Shown: piece after piece, positions 1 through 12,722 of the stretch
Layout of the letters: the number at the start of each line of letters is the position of its first letter
Numbering within the stretch: position 1 is the first letter of the stretch
Assembly (NCBI RefSeq): GCF_054482595.1
Contig: NZ_CM137008.1
Strand: one strand, 5' to 3'
Length of the DNA stretch: 64,000 nt
Program-made: the position numbers and the translations under genes
Notes under the pieces: generated by a model
The model's input: only the letters and a program-made list of their open reading frames with translations
Told to the model about the DNA's origin: nothing
Databases searched by the model: none

Positions 1-110
1 ATCCGCAGAGGGCGTTCGGCGGTGTAAGAGAGATGTGAAGCACGTTCGCGCAGATGCTCAATTAACTGCATCACCTGTTCCGGCGCGCGATATTCATCAA
101 CAAAACGCAT
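1..110 (-). CDS. hypD: HypD hydrogenase maturation factor, N-terminal fragment (gene runs off the window start)
   Basis: Minus-strand ATG at 108..110 followed by [25 protein letters not shown], which I recognise as the HypD N-terminus; start overlaps the hypC stop by 1 nt (TAATG). Confidence 0.85.
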   Translation of the reverse strand, partial: MRFVDEYRAPEQVMQLIEHLRERASHLSYTAERPLR

Positions 111-382
111 TATTTTTCCTCGCCATACAACAGCGCGCCGACATCCGGCTCAACGTCAAACATGTTTTGTAAGGCGTCGAGAGTGTCGCGTGCTTCGGCT
201 TCATTAATTACGCTCATGGCAAAGCCAACGTGTACCAGTACCCACTGGCCCACGCGCGGCTGACCGTTTTCATCGCAGCTGCCGACTAACGTTAAATCGA
301 CATCGCGCTGAATGCCGCAGACGTCGACTTTCGCCTGGTTGCCGTCAATGGTGCGGATCTGGCCGGGAACGCCTATGCACAT
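110..382 (-). CDS. hypC: HypC hydrogenase maturation chaperone (90 aa)
   Basis: ORF-track 110..409; protein from the internal start is [25 protein letters not shown]..., the HypC N-terminus with its Cys2. Start moved to ATG at 380..382, which overlaps the end of hypB. Confidence 0.9.
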   Translation of the reverse strand: MCIGVPGQIRTIDGNQAKVDVCGIQRDVDLTLVGSCDENGQPRVGQWVLVHVGFAMSVINEAEARDTLDALQNMFDVEPDVGALLYGEEK

Positions 383-1245
383 CGCTGTGTCTCCAGCCAG
401 TTCAGCCACTGGTCCATCCCTTCGCCGCTGGTGGCGGAAATAAGGATGATTTCAATTTCTGGATTGACTTCGCGGGCGCAGGCGATGCACTTCTCAACGT
501 CAAAGTTGAGATACGGCAACAGGTCAACTTTGTTGAGCAGCATCAGCGAGGCGGCGGCAAACATATGCGGATATTTCAGCGGTTTGTCTTCACCTTCGGT
601 AACGGAAAGCACCGCCACTTTGTGTTTTTCACCGAGATCGAAGCTCGCCGGGCATACGAGGTTGCCAACGTTTTCGATAAACAGAATACCGTTATCGTCC
701 AGTGGCAGGCGCGGTGCGGCGTCAGCAATCATCTGTGCGTCAAGATGGCAGCCTTTACCGGTATTCACCTGAATCGCTGGTGTGCCGGTAGCGCGAATGC
801 GTGCGGCATCGTTCACGGTTTGCTGGTCACCTTCAATAACCGCGCACGGAACGCTGTCTTTCAGGCGCATTAAGGTTTCCGTCAGCAGGGTGGTTTTACC
901 GGAACCAGGGCTGGAAACCAGGTTGAGCACCAGTTGCTTGCGGGCAGCAAAGCGCGCGCGGTTGCGTTCAGCCAGACGGTTGTTTTTGTCCAGCACGTCA
1001 ATTTCGACTTCCAGCATCCGGCGCTGGCTCATGCCCGGTGCGTGAGTGCCCGCTTCGCCATGACCGTAATGCAGGTCGCCTTCTTCAGTCTGGCTGGGGG
1101 TAAATTCAGGCGCTTTAATGCCGGTGATTTTCATCTTCGGGCGTGCCGCCGGGGCAAATGGCGCGCTACGAAACGCGGAATGAGGGTTATGTTCATCACC
1201 CTCGATATACAGGTTGCCTTCACCGCAACCGCATGTTGTACACAT
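373..1245 (-). CDS. hypB: HypB Ni-binding GTPase for hydrogenase maturation (290 aa)
   Basis: ORF-track protein begins [25 protein letters not shown] and contains a GSGKTT P-loop; length matches HypB. Confidence 0.95.
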   Translation of the reverse strand: MCTTCGCGEGNLYIEGDEHNPHSAFRSAPFAPAARPKMKITGIKAPEFTPSQTEEGDLHYGHGEAGTHAPGMSQRRMLEVEIDVLDKNNRLAERNRARFAARKQLVLNLVSSPGSGKTTLLTETLMRLKDSVPCAVIEGDQQTVNDAARIRATGTPAIQVNTGKGCHLDAQMIADAAPRLPLDDNGILFIENVGNLVCPASFDLGEKHKVAVLSVTEGEDKPLKYPHMFAAASLMLLNKVDLLPYLNFDVEKCIACAREVNPEIEIILISATSGEGMDQWLNWLETQRCA

Positions 1246-1248
1246 CGC

Positions 1249-1599
1249 TCACTCCTGGTCTATTTCTATCCGCCGAATCTGTAAACCGTCGTCTGCCACA
1301 ATCTGTAGCATGTCACCATGACACTGTGGACAGCGGCGGACGCGCTGGGTCAGTAGCGTCACATACTGTTGGCATGTTTCACACCAGCATTCGGCCTCTT
1401 GTTCTTCGAGGTGCAGTTTACAACCTTCCGCCACGCTGCCGCGGCAAACCAGATCAAAACAAAAGGCAAGAGAGCTGGTTTCGACACAAGAAAATGCGCC
1501 AATTTTGAGCCAGACCCCAGTTACGCGTTTTGCGCCGTGTTTTGCGGCCTGCTGTTCGATCAATTCCAGTGCCCGTTGGCAGAGGGTTATTTCGTGCAT
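1249..1599 (-). CDS. hypA: HypA Ni insertion protein for hydrogenase 3 (116 aa)
   Basis: ORF-track 1249..1611; the recognised HypA N-terminus MHEITLCQRALELIE starts at the internal ATG 1597..1599. C-terminal CxxC...CxxC zinc motif present. Confidence 0.9.
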   Translation of the reverse strand: MHEITLCQRALELIEQQAAKHGAKRVTGVWLKIGAFSCVETSSLAFCFDLVCRGSVAEGCKLHLEEQEAECWCETCQQYVTLLTQRVRRCPQCHGDMLQIVADDGLQIRRIEIDQE

Positions 1600-1629
1600 A
1601 TCGCCTCCCATTAACTATGGCCAGCTACA

Positions 1630-1645
1630 AGCAATAATTGTGCCA
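1630..1645 (-). promoter_or_regulatory. sigma54 (-24/-12) promoter for the hyp operon
   Basis: Minus strand reads TGGCAC-aatta-TTGCT, a canonical GG-N10-GC sigma54 element about 30 nt upstream of the hypA start; hyc/hyp are known FhlA/sigma54 dependent. Confidence 0.7.
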
Positions 1646-1670
1646 GTATTGATTATCCCTGCGGTGAATA

Positions 1671-1713
1671 ATGTCGATGATGTCGAAATGACACGTCGAC
1701 ACGGCGACGAAAT
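1671..1713. promoter_or_regulatory. Putative FhlA upstream activating sequence between divergent hyp and hyc promoters
   Basis: Repeated TGTCG / CGACA half-sites (atgtcgatgatgtcgaaatgacacgtcgacacggcgacgaaat) centred between the two sigma54 promoters. Confidence 0.6.
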
Positions 1714-1758
1714 TCATCTTTAGCTTAAAAATCGTTTTAATAACAATGAATTAAAAGT

Positions 1759-1774
1759 TGGCACAGAAAATGCT
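1759..1774 (+). promoter_or_regulatory. sigma54 (-24/-12) promoter for the hyc operon
   Basis: TGGCAC-agaaa-ATGCT with GG-N10-GC spacing, about 37 nt upstream of the hycA ATG at 1811. Confidence 0.7.
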
Positions 1775-1810
1775 TAAAGCTGGCATCTCTGTTAAACGGG
1801 TAACCTGACA

Positions 1811-2272
1811 ATGACTATTTGGGAAATAAGCGAGAAAGCCGATTACATCGCACAGCGGCATCGTCGCCTACAGGACCAGTGGCACATCTACTGCAATTCG
1901 CTGGTTCAGGGGATCACGTTATCGAAAGCGCGCCTGCATCACGCCATGAGCTGCGCGCCGGACAAAGAACTCTGTTTCGTCCTTTTTGAACATTTTCGTA
2001 TTTACGTCACCCTGGCGGATGGCTTTAACAGCCACACCATCGAGTATTACGTCGAAACAAAAGAGGGCGAAGACAAACAGCGGATTGCGCAGGCGCAACT
2101 GAGCATTGACGGCATGATTGATGGCAAGGTCAACATCCGCGATCGCGAACAGGTTCTGGAACACTATCTCGAAAAAATCGCTGGCGTTTACGACAGCTTA
2201 TACACCGCTATTGAAAACAATGTGCCGGTGAATTTAAGCCAACTGGTAAAGGGACAAAGCCCGGCAGCATGA
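1811..2272 (+). CDS. hycA: HycA, negative regulator of the formate regulon (153 aa)
   Basis: ORF-track protein MTIWEISEKADYIAQRHRRLQDQWHIY... recognised as HycA; first gene of the hyc operon. Confidence 0.93.
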   Translation: MTIWEISEKADYIAQRHRRLQDQWHIYCNSLVQGITLSKARLHHAMSCAPDKELCFVLFEHFRIYVTLADGFNSHTIEYYVETKEGEDKQRIAQAQLSIDGMIDGKVNIRDREQVLEHYLEKIAGVYDSLYTAIENNVPVNLSQLVKGQSPAA

Positions 2273-2321
2273 GCTGAGGCTTTGCCCGTTTTGCAGGCGT
2301 TACGCCTGTTTGGGGATGGGC

Positions 2322-2367
2322 GTGTCGATGAGTGTCGAAAATGACATTTCATCGGCATGTTTTCGTC
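2322..2367. promoter_or_regulatory. Second putative FhlA-type site in the hycA-hycB intergenic region
   Basis: gtgtcgatgagtgtcgaaaatgacatttcatcggcatgttttcgtcaaaaatgaca: reiterated TGTCGAAAATGACA-like motifs resembling the upstream site at 1671..1713. Confidence 0.5.
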
Positions 2368-2396
2368 AAAAATGACAATCACCTGAGGAATGCCTG

Positions 2397-3008
2397 GTGA
2401 ATCGTTTTGTAATTGCTGACTCCACGCTCTGTATCGGCTGCCACACCTGTGAGGCCGCCTGTTCAGAGACGCATCGCCAGCACGGCCTGCAATCAATGCC
2501 GCGCCTGAGAGTGATGCTAAATGAAAAAGAATCTGCGCCGCAGCTCTGTCACCACTGTGAAGATGCACCCTGCGCGGTGGTCTGCCCGGTTAACGCCATC
2601 ACCCGCGTTGATGGGGCCGTGCAGTTGAATGAAAGCCTGTGCGTAAGCTGCAAACTGTGCGGCATCGCCTGCCCGTTTGGCGCAATCGAATTTTCCGGCA
2701 GCCGTCCGCTGGATATTCCGGCAAACGCCAATACCCCGAAAGCGCCACCGGCACCGCCTGCTCCGGCGCGTGTCAGCACATTGCTTGACTGGGTGCCAGG
2801 TATTCGCGCGATCGCCGTCAAATGTGACCTTTGTAGCTTTGATGAACAAGGTCCGGCCTGCGTGCGGATGTGCCCGACTAAAGCCCTGCATCTGGTGGAT
2901 AACACCGATATCGCCCGCGTCAGCAAACGTAAGCGTGAGCTGACCTTTAACACGGACTTTGGCGATCTCACCTTGTTTCAGCAGGCTCAAAGTGGAGAGG
3001 CTAAATGA
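2397..3008 (+). CDS. hycB: HycB, FHL complex Fe-S (4Fe-4S ferredoxin-type) subunit (203 aa)
   Basis: MNRFVIADSTLCIGCHTCEAAC with multiple CxxCxxCxxxCP motifs; GTG start at 2397 preceded by GAGGA. Confidence 0.93.
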   Translation: MNRFVIADSTLCIGCHTCEAACSETHRQHGLQSMPRLRVMLNEKESAPQLCHHCEDAPCAVVCPVNAITRVDGAVQLNESLCVSCKLCGIACPFGAIEFSGSRPLDIPANANTPKAPPAPPAPARVSTLLDWVPGIRAIAVKCDLCSFDEQGPACVRMCPTKALHLVDNTDIARVSKRKRELTFNTDFGDLTLFQQAQSGEAK

Positions 3009-4831
3009 GCGCAATTTCCCTGATCAATAGCGGCGTGGCGTGGTTTGTCGCCGCCGCTGTTCTGGCATTTCTCTTTTCTTTTCAAAAGGCGCTAAGCGGC
3101 TGGATAGCCGGAATTGGCGGCGCGGTTGGTAGTCTGTATACGGCAGCCGCGGGCTTCACTGTACTGACTGGCGCGGTTGGCGTGAGCGGTGCGCTGTCGC
3201 TGGTAAGCTACGATGTGCAAATCTCTCCGCTTAACGCGATTTGGCTGATTACGCTCGGTCTGTGCGGTCTGTTTGTCAGCCTCTACAACATTGACTGGCA
3301 TCGCCACGCGCAGGTGAAGTGCAACGGCTTGCAGATCAATATGTTGATGGCTGCCGCCGTCTGCGCCGTCATCGCCAGCAACCTCGGCATGTTCGTGGTA
3401 ATGGCTGAAGTCATGGCCTTGTGTGCGGTGTTCCTTACCAGCAACAGCAAAGAGGGCAAACTGTGGTTTGCGCTGGGGCGTCTTGGCACTCTGCTGCTGG
3501 TGATTGCTTGCTGGCTGCTGTGGCAGCGTTATGGCACGCTGGATCTGCGCCTGCTGGATATGCGTATGCAACAGCTGCCGCTCGGTTCCGATATCTGGCT
3601 GCTCGGTGTGATTGGCTTTGGCCTGCTGGCCGGGATTATTCCGCTGCACGGCTGGGTGCCGCAGGCACATGCTAACGCCTCTGCGCCAGCTGCCGCGTTG
3701 TTTTCTACGGTAGTCATGAAAATTGGCCTGCTGGGCATTTTAACCCTGTCACTGCTGGGCGGTAATGCACCGCTGTGGTGGGGGATCGCGCTGCTGGTGC
3801 TCGGTATGATCACCGCGTTTGTCGGCGGTCTGTATGCGTTGATGGAACATAATATCCAGCGTCTACTGGCTTACCACACCCTGGAAAATATCGGCATTAT
3901 CCTGCTGGGGCTGGGCGCTGGCGTAACGGGTATCGCGCTCGAACAACCGGCGCTGATTGCTCTTGGCCTGGTCGGTGGTCTGTACCATCTGCTTAACCAT
4001 AGCCTGTTCAAAAGCGTACTGTTCCTCGGGGCGGGGAGCGTCTGGTTCCGTACCGGTCATCGCGATATCGAAAAACTCGGTGGTATTGGCAAGAAAATGC
4101 CGGTTATCTCCATCGCTATGTTAGTCGGGCTGATGGCAATGGCTGCACTGCCGCCGCTGAACGGTTTTGCCGGGGAATGGGTTATCTATCAATCCTTCTT
4201 CAAACTGAGCAATAGTGGCGCGTTTGTTGCCCGTCTGCTGGGGCCGCTGCTCGCTGTGGGTCTGGCAATTACCGGTGCGCTGGCGGTGATGTGTATGGCG
4301 AAAGTCTATGGCGTCACGTTCCTCGGCGCGCCGCGTACCAAAGAAGCCGAAAACGCCACCTGTGCACCGCTCCTGATGAGCGTAAGCGTAGTGGCACTGG
4401 CGATTTGCTGCGTAATTGGCGGTGTTGCTGCGCCGTGGCTACTGCCGATGCTCTCTGCTGCTGTACCTCTGCCGCTGGAGCCTGCTAACACCACCGTTTC
4501 TCAACCGATGATCACGTTGCTGCTGATTGCCTGCCCGCTGCTGCCATTCATCATTATGGCGATTTGCAAAGGCGATCGTTTGCCATCGCGTTCCCGCGGC
4601 GCGGCCTGGGTGTGCGGCTACGACCACGAAAAATCAATGGTGATTACCGCTCACGGTTTTGCCATGCCGGTGAAACAGGCGTTTGCGCCGGTGCTGAAAC
4701 TGCGCAAATGGCTGAATCCGGTGTCGCTGGTGCCGGGCTGGCAATGCGAAGGCAGTGCGTTGCTGTTCCGCCGGATGGCGCTGGTTGAACTGGCGGTACT
4801 GGTGGTGATTATTGTTTCACGAGGAGCCTGA
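3005..4831 (+). CDS. hycC: HycC, FHL complex membrane subunit (NuoL/ND5-like antiporter-type, 608 aa)
   Basis: Long hydrophobic polytopic protein; start overlaps the hycB stop by 4 nt; position in hyc operon. Confidence 0.93.
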   Translation: MSAISLINSGVAWFVAAAVLAFLFSFQKALSGWIAGIGGAVGSLYTAAAGFTVLTGAVGVSGALSLVSYDVQISPLNAIWLITLGLCGLFVSLYNIDWHRHAQVKCNGLQINMLMAAAVCAVIASNLGMFVVMAEVMALCAVFLTSNSKEGKLWFALGRLGTLLLVIACWLLWQRYGTLDLRLLDMRMQQLPLGSDIWLLGVIGFGLLAGIIPLHGWVPQAHANASAPAAALFSTVVMKIGLLGILTLSLLGGNAPLWWGIALLVLGMITAFVGGLYALMEHNIQRLLAYHTLENIGIILLGLGAGVTGIALEQPALIALGLVGGLYHLLNHSLFKSVLFLGAGSVWFRTGHRDIEKLGGIGKKMPVISIAMLVGLMAMAALPPLNGFAGEWVIYQSFFKLSNSGAFVARLLGPLLAVGLAITGALAVMCMAKVYGVTFLGAPRTKEAENATCAPLLMSVSVVALAICCVIGGVAAPWLLPMLSAAVPLPLEPANTTVSQPMITLLLIACPLLPFIIMAICKGDRLPSRSRGAAWVCGYDHEKSMVITAHGFAMPVKQAFAPVLKLRKWLNPVSLVPGWQCEGSALLFRRMALVELAVLVVIIVSRGA

Positions 4832-4833
4832 GA

Positions 4834-5757
4834 ATGAGTGTTTTATATCCGTTAATTCAGGCGCTGGTGTTATTTGCCGTTGCGCCGCTGCTCTCCGGTA
4901 TTACCCGCGTGGCGCGCGCCCGCTTGCATAACCGTCGCGGGCCGGGCGTGTTGCAGGAGTATCGCGACATTATCAAACTGCTGGGTCGCCAGAGCGTTGG
5001 CCCGGATGCCTCCGGCTGGGTGTTCCGCCTGACGCCGTATGTGATGGTGGGCGTCATGCTGACTATCGCTACTGCGCTGCCGGTGGTGACCGTTGGTTCT
5101 CCGCTGCCGCAACTGGGTGATTTGATCACCTTACTGTATCTCTTTGCCATCGCGCGTTTCTTCTTTGCCATTTCCGGTCTGGATACCGGTAGCCCGTTTA
5201 CTGCTATCGGCGCGAGCCGTGAAGCGATGCTTGGCGTGCTGGTCGAACCGATGCTGCTGCTTGGTCTGTGGGTTGCCGCACAGGTTGCCGGTTCCACCAA
5301 CATCAGCAACATCACCGACACCGTTTATCACTGGCCGCTGAGCCAGAGCATCCCGCTGGTGCTGGCGCTTTGTGCCTGTGCGTTCGCCACTTTTATCGAA
5401 ATGGGCAAACTGCCGTTCGACCTGGCGGAAGCCGAGCAGGAGTTGCAGGAAGGTCCGCTCTCTGAGTATAGCGGCAGCGGCTTTGGCGTCATGAAATGGG
5501 GTATCAGCCTGAAACAGCTGGTGGTGCTGCAGATGTTCGTCGGCGTATTTATCCCGTGGGGACAGATGGAAACCTTCACCGCCGGTGGGCTGCTGCTGGC
5601 GCTGGTGATTGCCATCGTCAAACTGGTGGTCGGCGTCCTGGTTATCGCGCTGTTCGAAAACAGCATGGCCCGTCTGCGTCTTGATATTACTCCGCGCATT
5701 ACCTGGGCTGGGTTTGGCTTTGCATTTTTAGCGTTCGTCTCCTTGCTGGCGGCGTGA
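4834..5757 (+). CDS. hycD: HycD, FHL complex membrane subunit (NuoH-like, 307 aa)
   Basis: Hydrophobic 307 aa protein immediately after hycC; recognised operon position. Confidence 0.93.
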   Translation: MSVLYPLIQALVLFAVAPLLSGITRVARARLHNRRGPGVLQEYRDIIKLLGRQSVGPDASGWVFRLTPYVMVGVMLTIATALPVVTVGSPLPQLGDLITLLYLFAIARFFFAISGLDTGSPFTAIGASREAMLGVLVEPMLLLGLWVAAQVAGSTNISNITDTVYHWPLSQSIPLVLALCACAFATFIEMGKLPFDLAEAEQELQEGPLSEYSGSGFGVMKWGISLKQLVVLQMFVGVFIPWGQMETFTAGGLLLALVIAIVKLVVGVLVIALFENSMARLRLDITPRITWAGFGFAFLAFVSLLAA

Positions 5758-5774
5758 TTAAAGAGAGTTTGAGC

Positions 5775-7484
5775 ATGTCTGAAGAAAAATTAGGTCAACA
5801 TTATCTCGCCGCGCTGAATGAGGCATTTCCGGGCGTCGTGCTGGACCACGCCTGGCAGACCAAAGATCAGCTGACTGTCACCGTAAAGGTGAACTACCTG
5901 CCGGAAGTGGTGGAGTTTCTTTACTACAAACAGGGTGGCTGGCTGTCGGTGCTGTTTGGTAACGACGAACGCAAACTGAATGGTCATTACGCCGTTTACT
6001 ACGTGCTGTCGATGGAGAAGGGTACTAAGTGCTGGGTAACGGTACGCGTCGAAGTTGACGCCAACAAACCGGAATATCCGTCCGTGACACCGCGCGTTCC
6101 GGCGGCGGTATGGGGCGAGCGTGAAGTGCGCGATATGTACGGTTTGATTCCGGTAGGGCTGCCGGATGAACGCCGTCTGGTGCTGCCGGATGACTGGCCG
6201 GATGAACTTTATCCGCTGCGTAAAGACAGCATGGATTATCGTCAACGTCCGGCACCGACCACCGATGCTGAAACCTACGAGTTCATCAACGAACTGGGCG
6301 ACAAGAAAAACAATGTCGTGCCGATTGGTCCGCTGCACGTCACTTCTGACGAACCGGGTCACTTCCGTCTGTTCGTCGATGGCGAAAACATTATCGACGC
6401 CGACTACCGTCTGTTCTATGTCCATCGCGGTATGGAAAAACTGGCAGAAACCCGCATGGGTTACAACGAAGTGACCTTCCTCTCTGACCGTGTGTGCGGG
6501 ATCTGCGGCTTTGCCCACAGCACCGCCTACACCACGTCGGTGGAAAACGCGATGGGTATCCAGGTACCAGAACGCGCGCAGATGATCCGCGCCATTCTGC
6601 TGGAGGTAGAACGCCTGCACTCGCATCTGCTCAACCTCGGCCTCGCCTGCCACTTTACCGGCTTCGACTCCGGCTTTATGCAGTTCTTCCGCGTGCGTGA
6701 AACCTCCATGAAAATGGCAGAGATCCTTACCGGTGCGCGTAAAACCTACGGCCTGAACCTGATCGGCGGGATTCGTCGCGATCTGCTGAAAGATGACATG
6801 ATCCAGACCCGTCAACTGGCGCAACAGATGCGTCGTGAAGTGCAGGAGCTGGTGGATGTGCTGCTGAGTACGCCGAACATGGAACAGCGCACTGTCGGCA
6901 TTGGTCGTCTGGACCCGGAAATCGCTCGCGACTTCAGTAACGTTGGCCCGATGGTCCGCGCCAGCGGTCACGCCCGCGATACCCGCGCCGATCACCCATT
7001 TGTCGGCTATGGCCTGCTGCCAATGGAAGTCCACAGCGAGCAGGGCTGCGACGTTATTTCCCGTCTGAAAGTGCGTATCAACGAAGTCTATACCGCGCTG
7101 AACATGATCGACTACGGTCTGGATAACCTGCCGGGTGGCCCACTGATGGTGGAAGGCTTTACTTACATTCCACACCGTTTCGCGCTGGGCTTTGCCGAAG
7201 CGCCGCGCGGCGATGATATCCACTGGAGCATGACCGGCGACAACCAGAAGCTGTACCGCTGGCGCTGCCGTGCCGCGACCTACGCGAACTGGCCGACCCT
7301 GCGCTACATGCTGCGTGGCAATACCGTTTCCGATGCGCCGCTGATTATCGGTAGCCTGGACCCGTGCTACTCCTGTACCGACCGCATGACCGTAGTCGAT
7401 GTACGTAAGAAGAAGAGCAAAGTGGTGCCGTACAAAGAACTCGAGCGCTACAGCATTGAGCGTAAAAACTCGCCGCTGAAATAA
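5775..7484 (+). CDS. hycE: HycE, hydrogenase 3 [NiFe] large subunit (569 aa)
   Basis: Recognised N-terminus MSEEKLGQHYLAALNEAFPG at ATG 5775 (ORF track started 21 nt upstream); RVCGICGFAH N-terminal and DPCYSCTDR C-terminal Ni-Fe ligand motifs with a C-terminal extension. Confidence 0.93.
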   Translation: MSEEKLGQHYLAALNEAFPGVVLDHAWQTKDQLTVTVKVNYLPEVVEFLYYKQGGWLSVLFGNDERKLNGHYAVYYVLSMEKGTKCWVTVRVEVDANKPEYPSVTPRVPAAVWGEREVRDMYGLIPVGLPDERRLVLPDDWPDELYPLRKDSMDYRQRPAPTTDAETYEFINELGDKKNNVVPIGPLHVTSDEPGHFRLFVDGENIIDADYRLFYVHRGMEKLAETRMGYNEVTFLSDRVCGICGFAHSTAYTTSVENAMGIQVPERAQMIRAILLEVERLHSHLLNLGLACHFTGFDSGFMQFFRVRETSMKMAEILTGARKTYGLNLIGGIRRDLLKDDMIQTRQLAQQMRREVQELVDVLLSTPNMEQRTVGIGRLDPEIARDFSNVGPMVRASGHARDTRADHPFVGYGLLPMEVHSEQGCDVISRLKVRINEVYTALNMIDYGLDNLPGGPLMVEGFTYIPHRFALGFAEAPRGDDIHWSMTGDNQKLYRWRCRAATYANWPTLRYMLRGNTVSDAPLIIGSLDPCYSCTDRMTVVDVRKKKSKVVPYKELERYSIERKNSPLK

Positions 7485-7493
7485 GGAATCGCC

Positions 7494-8036
7494 ATGTTTA
7501 CCTTTATCAAAAAAGTCATCAAAACCGGCACGGCGACCTCGTCTTATCCGCTGGAGCCGATTGCGGTTGATAAAAACTTCCGTGGTAAGCCAGAGCAGAA
7601 CCCGCAGCAGTGCATCGGCTGCGCGGCCTGCGTCAATGCCTGCCCGTCAAACGCCTTAACGGTTGAAACTGACCTCGCCACAGGAGAGCTTGCGTGGGAG
7701 TTTAATCTCGGGCGCTGCATCTTCTGTGGACGCTGCGAAGAAGTTTGCCCGACGGCGGCGATCAAACTGTCGCAAGAGTACGAACTGGCGGTGTGGAAGA
7801 AAGAAGACTTCCTGCAACAGTCTCGCTTCGCGCTGTGCAACTGTCGCGTCTGCAATCGTCCTTTCGCCGTTCAGAAAGAGATCGACTACGCCATTGCGCT
7901 GCTTAAGCACAACGGCGACAGCCGCGCGGAAAACCACCGCGAAAGCTTTGAGACTTGCCCGGAATGTAAGCGCCAGAAATGCCTGGTGCCGTCCGACCGT
8001 ATTGAACTGACTCGCCATATGAAAGAGGCCATCTGA
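7494..8036 (+). CDS. hycF: HycF, FHL complex Fe-S subunit (180 aa)
   Basis: Two CxxCxxCxxxCP ferredoxin motifs ([24 protein letters not shown]); operon position. Confidence 0.93.
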   Translation: MFTFIKKVIKTGTATSSYPLEPIAVDKNFRGKPEQNPQQCIGCAACVNACPSNALTVETDLATGELAWEFNLGRCIFCGRCEEVCPTAAIKLSQEYELAVWKKEDFLQQSRFALCNCRVCNRPFAVQKEIDYAIALLKHNGDSRAENHRESFETCPECKRQKCLVPSDRIELTRHMKEAI

Positions 8037-8803
8037 TGAGCAATTTATTAGGCCCCCGTGACGCCAACGGCATTCCGGTCCCGATGACGGTGGATGAATC
8101 CATCGCCAGTATGAAGGCGTCGTTACTGAAAAAAATCAAACGCTCTGCCTACGTTTACCGCGTGGACTGCGGCGGCTGCAACGGCTGCGAAATCGAAATT
8201 TTCGCCACGCTTTCGCCGCTGTTTGATGCAGAACGCTTCGGCATTAAAGTCGTTCCTTCACCGCGTCATGCGGATATTTTACTGTTTACCGGCGCGGTCA
8301 CCCGTGCAATGCGATCCCCTGCGCTGCGTGCGTGGCAGTCCACGCCGGACCCGAAAATTTGTATCTCCTACGGTGCCTGCGGTAACAGCGGCGGGATCTT
8401 CCACGATCTCTACTGCGTGTGGGGCGGTACGGATAAAATCGTCCCGGTGGATGTCTACATTCCGGGGTGCCCGCCAACGCCTGCCGCCACGCTGTACGGC
8501 TTTGCAATGGCGCTCGGCCTGCTGGAGCAGAAAATTCACGCCCGTGGCCCGGGTGAGCAGGATGAACAACCGGCGGAGATCCTGCATGGCGATATGGTGC
8601 AGCCGCTGCGTGTGAAAGTGGATCGCGAAGCACGCCGCCTGGCAGGTTATCGTTACGGTCGCCAGATTGCCGATGACTTCCTGACACAGTTAGGGCAGGG
8701 CGAAGAACAGGTTGCACGCTGGCTGGAAGCGGAAAACGATCCGCGTCTGAACGAGATTGTCAGCCATCTGAATCATGTTGTTGAAGAGGCGCGTATCCGA
8801 TGA
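8036..8803 (+). CDS. hycG: HycG, hydrogenase 3 small subunit (NuoB-like, 255 aa)
   Basis: [10 protein letters not shown] and GCPP motifs typical of NuoB-type small subunits; 1-nt overlap with the hycF stop. Confidence 0.93.
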   Translation: MSNLLGPRDANGIPVPMTVDESIASMKASLLKKIKRSAYVYRVDCGGCNGCEIEIFATLSPLFDAERFGIKVVPSPRHADILLFTGAVTRAMRSPALRAWQSTPDPKICISYGACGNSGGIFHDLYCVWGGTDKIVPVDVYIPGCPPTPAATLYGFAMALGLLEQKIHARGPGEQDEQPAEILHGDMVQPLRVKVDREARRLAGYRYGRQIADDFLTQLGQGEEQVARWLEAENDPRLNEIVSHLNHVVEEARIR

Positions 8804-9210
8804 GTGAAAAGGTGGTGTTCAGTCAACTGAGCCGTAAATTTATTGATGAGAACGATGCCACGCCCGCCGAGGCGCAGCAGGTGGTCTATTACAGCCTGGC
8901 GATTGGTCACCACCTTGGGGTTATCGATTGCCTGGAAGCGGCGCTCACCTGCCCATGGGATGACTATCTGGCATGGATTGCCACTCTGGAGGCGGGCAGC
9001 GAAGCCCGCCGCAAAATGGAAGGCGTACCGAAGTACGGTGAGATCGTCATCGACATTAACCATGTGCCGATGCTGGCCAATGCATTCGATAAAGCCCGGG
9101 CAGCGCAAACTTCGCAGCAGCAGGAATGGAGTACAATGCTGTTAAGTATGCTGCATGATATTCATCAGGAAAACGCCATCTATTTGATGGTGAGGAGACT
9201 GCGTGACTGA
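8800..9210 (+). CDS. hycH: HycH, FHL complex maturation/assembly protein (136 aa)
   Basis: ORF-track protein and operon position; overlaps hycG stop by 4 nt. Confidence 0.9.
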   Translation: MSEKVVFSQLSRKFIDENDATPAEAQQVVYYSLAIGHHLGVIDCLEAALTCPWDDYLAWIATLEAGSEARRKMEGVPKYGEIVIDINHVPMLANAFDKARAAQTSQQQEWSTMLLSMLHDIHQENAIYLMVRRLRD

Positions 9211-9673
9211 CGTTTTACTCTGTGTTGGCAATAGCATGATGGGCGATGATGGCGCAGGTCCGCTGCTGGCGGAAAAGTGCGCCGCCGCGCCGAAAGGTAA
9301 CTGGGTGGTGATTGATGGCGGTAGTGCACCGGAAAACGACATCGTCGCCATCCGTGAACTGCGCCCTACACGACTGCTGATTGTCGATGCCACGGATATG
9401 GGGCTAAACCCCGGCGAAATCCGCATCATCGACCCGGATGATATCGCCGAGATGTTTATGATGACTACCCATAACATGCCGTTGAACTACCTTATCGATC
9501 AGTTGAAAGAAGACATTGGCGAAGTGATTTTCCTCGGCATCCAGCCGGATATCGTCGGCTTTTACTACCCGATGACCCAGCCGATTAAAGATGCGGTAGA
9601 AACCGTTTATCAACGGCTGGAAGGCTGGGAAGGGAACGGCGGCTTCGCGCAGTTAGCGGTGGAAGAAGAGTAG
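9203..9673 (+). CDS. hycI: HycI, endopeptidase that processes the HycE C-terminus (156 aa)
   Basis: [25 protein letters not shown], the hydrogenase maturation protease family signature; last gene of the hyc operon. Confidence 0.93.
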   Translation: MTDVLLCVGNSMMGDDGAGPLLAEKCAAAPKGNWVVIDGGSAPENDIVAIRELRPTRLLIVDATDMGLNPGEIRIIDPDDIAEMFMMTTHNMPLNYLIDQLKEDIGEVIFLGIQPDIVGFYYPMTQPIKDAVETVYQRLEGWEGNGGFAQLAVEEE

Positions 9674-9744
9674 TTTTTCAATAAGGAATCAGGACAGGGA
9701 TGTTCTTGATGGGGTGAACCAGCTCTGATGCCAAATGCTAAATT

Positions 9745-9824
9745 GCCCGATGCGCTGCGCTTATCGGGCCTACATGTCGCACGAACTATGTAGGCCGGAT
9801 AAGGCGTTCACGCCGCATCCGGCA
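9745..9824. repeat. REP/BIME element (two inverted REP copies) between hycI and ascB
   Basis: gcccgatgcgctgcgcttatcgggcctaca ... tgtaggccggataaggcgttcacgccgcatccggca, the canonical E. coli REP consensus in inverted pair. Confidence 0.85.
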
Positions 9825-9831
9825 CGGTTGC

Positions 9832-12722
<2,891 letters not shown>

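Noticed and set aside
5790-7223. 477-aa ORF on the minus strand antisense to hycE
   Set aside because: It lies entirely inside the recognised hycE coding sequence on the opposite strand and has low-complexity R/H/Q/V-rich composition; this is a typical stop-free antisense frame, not a gene.
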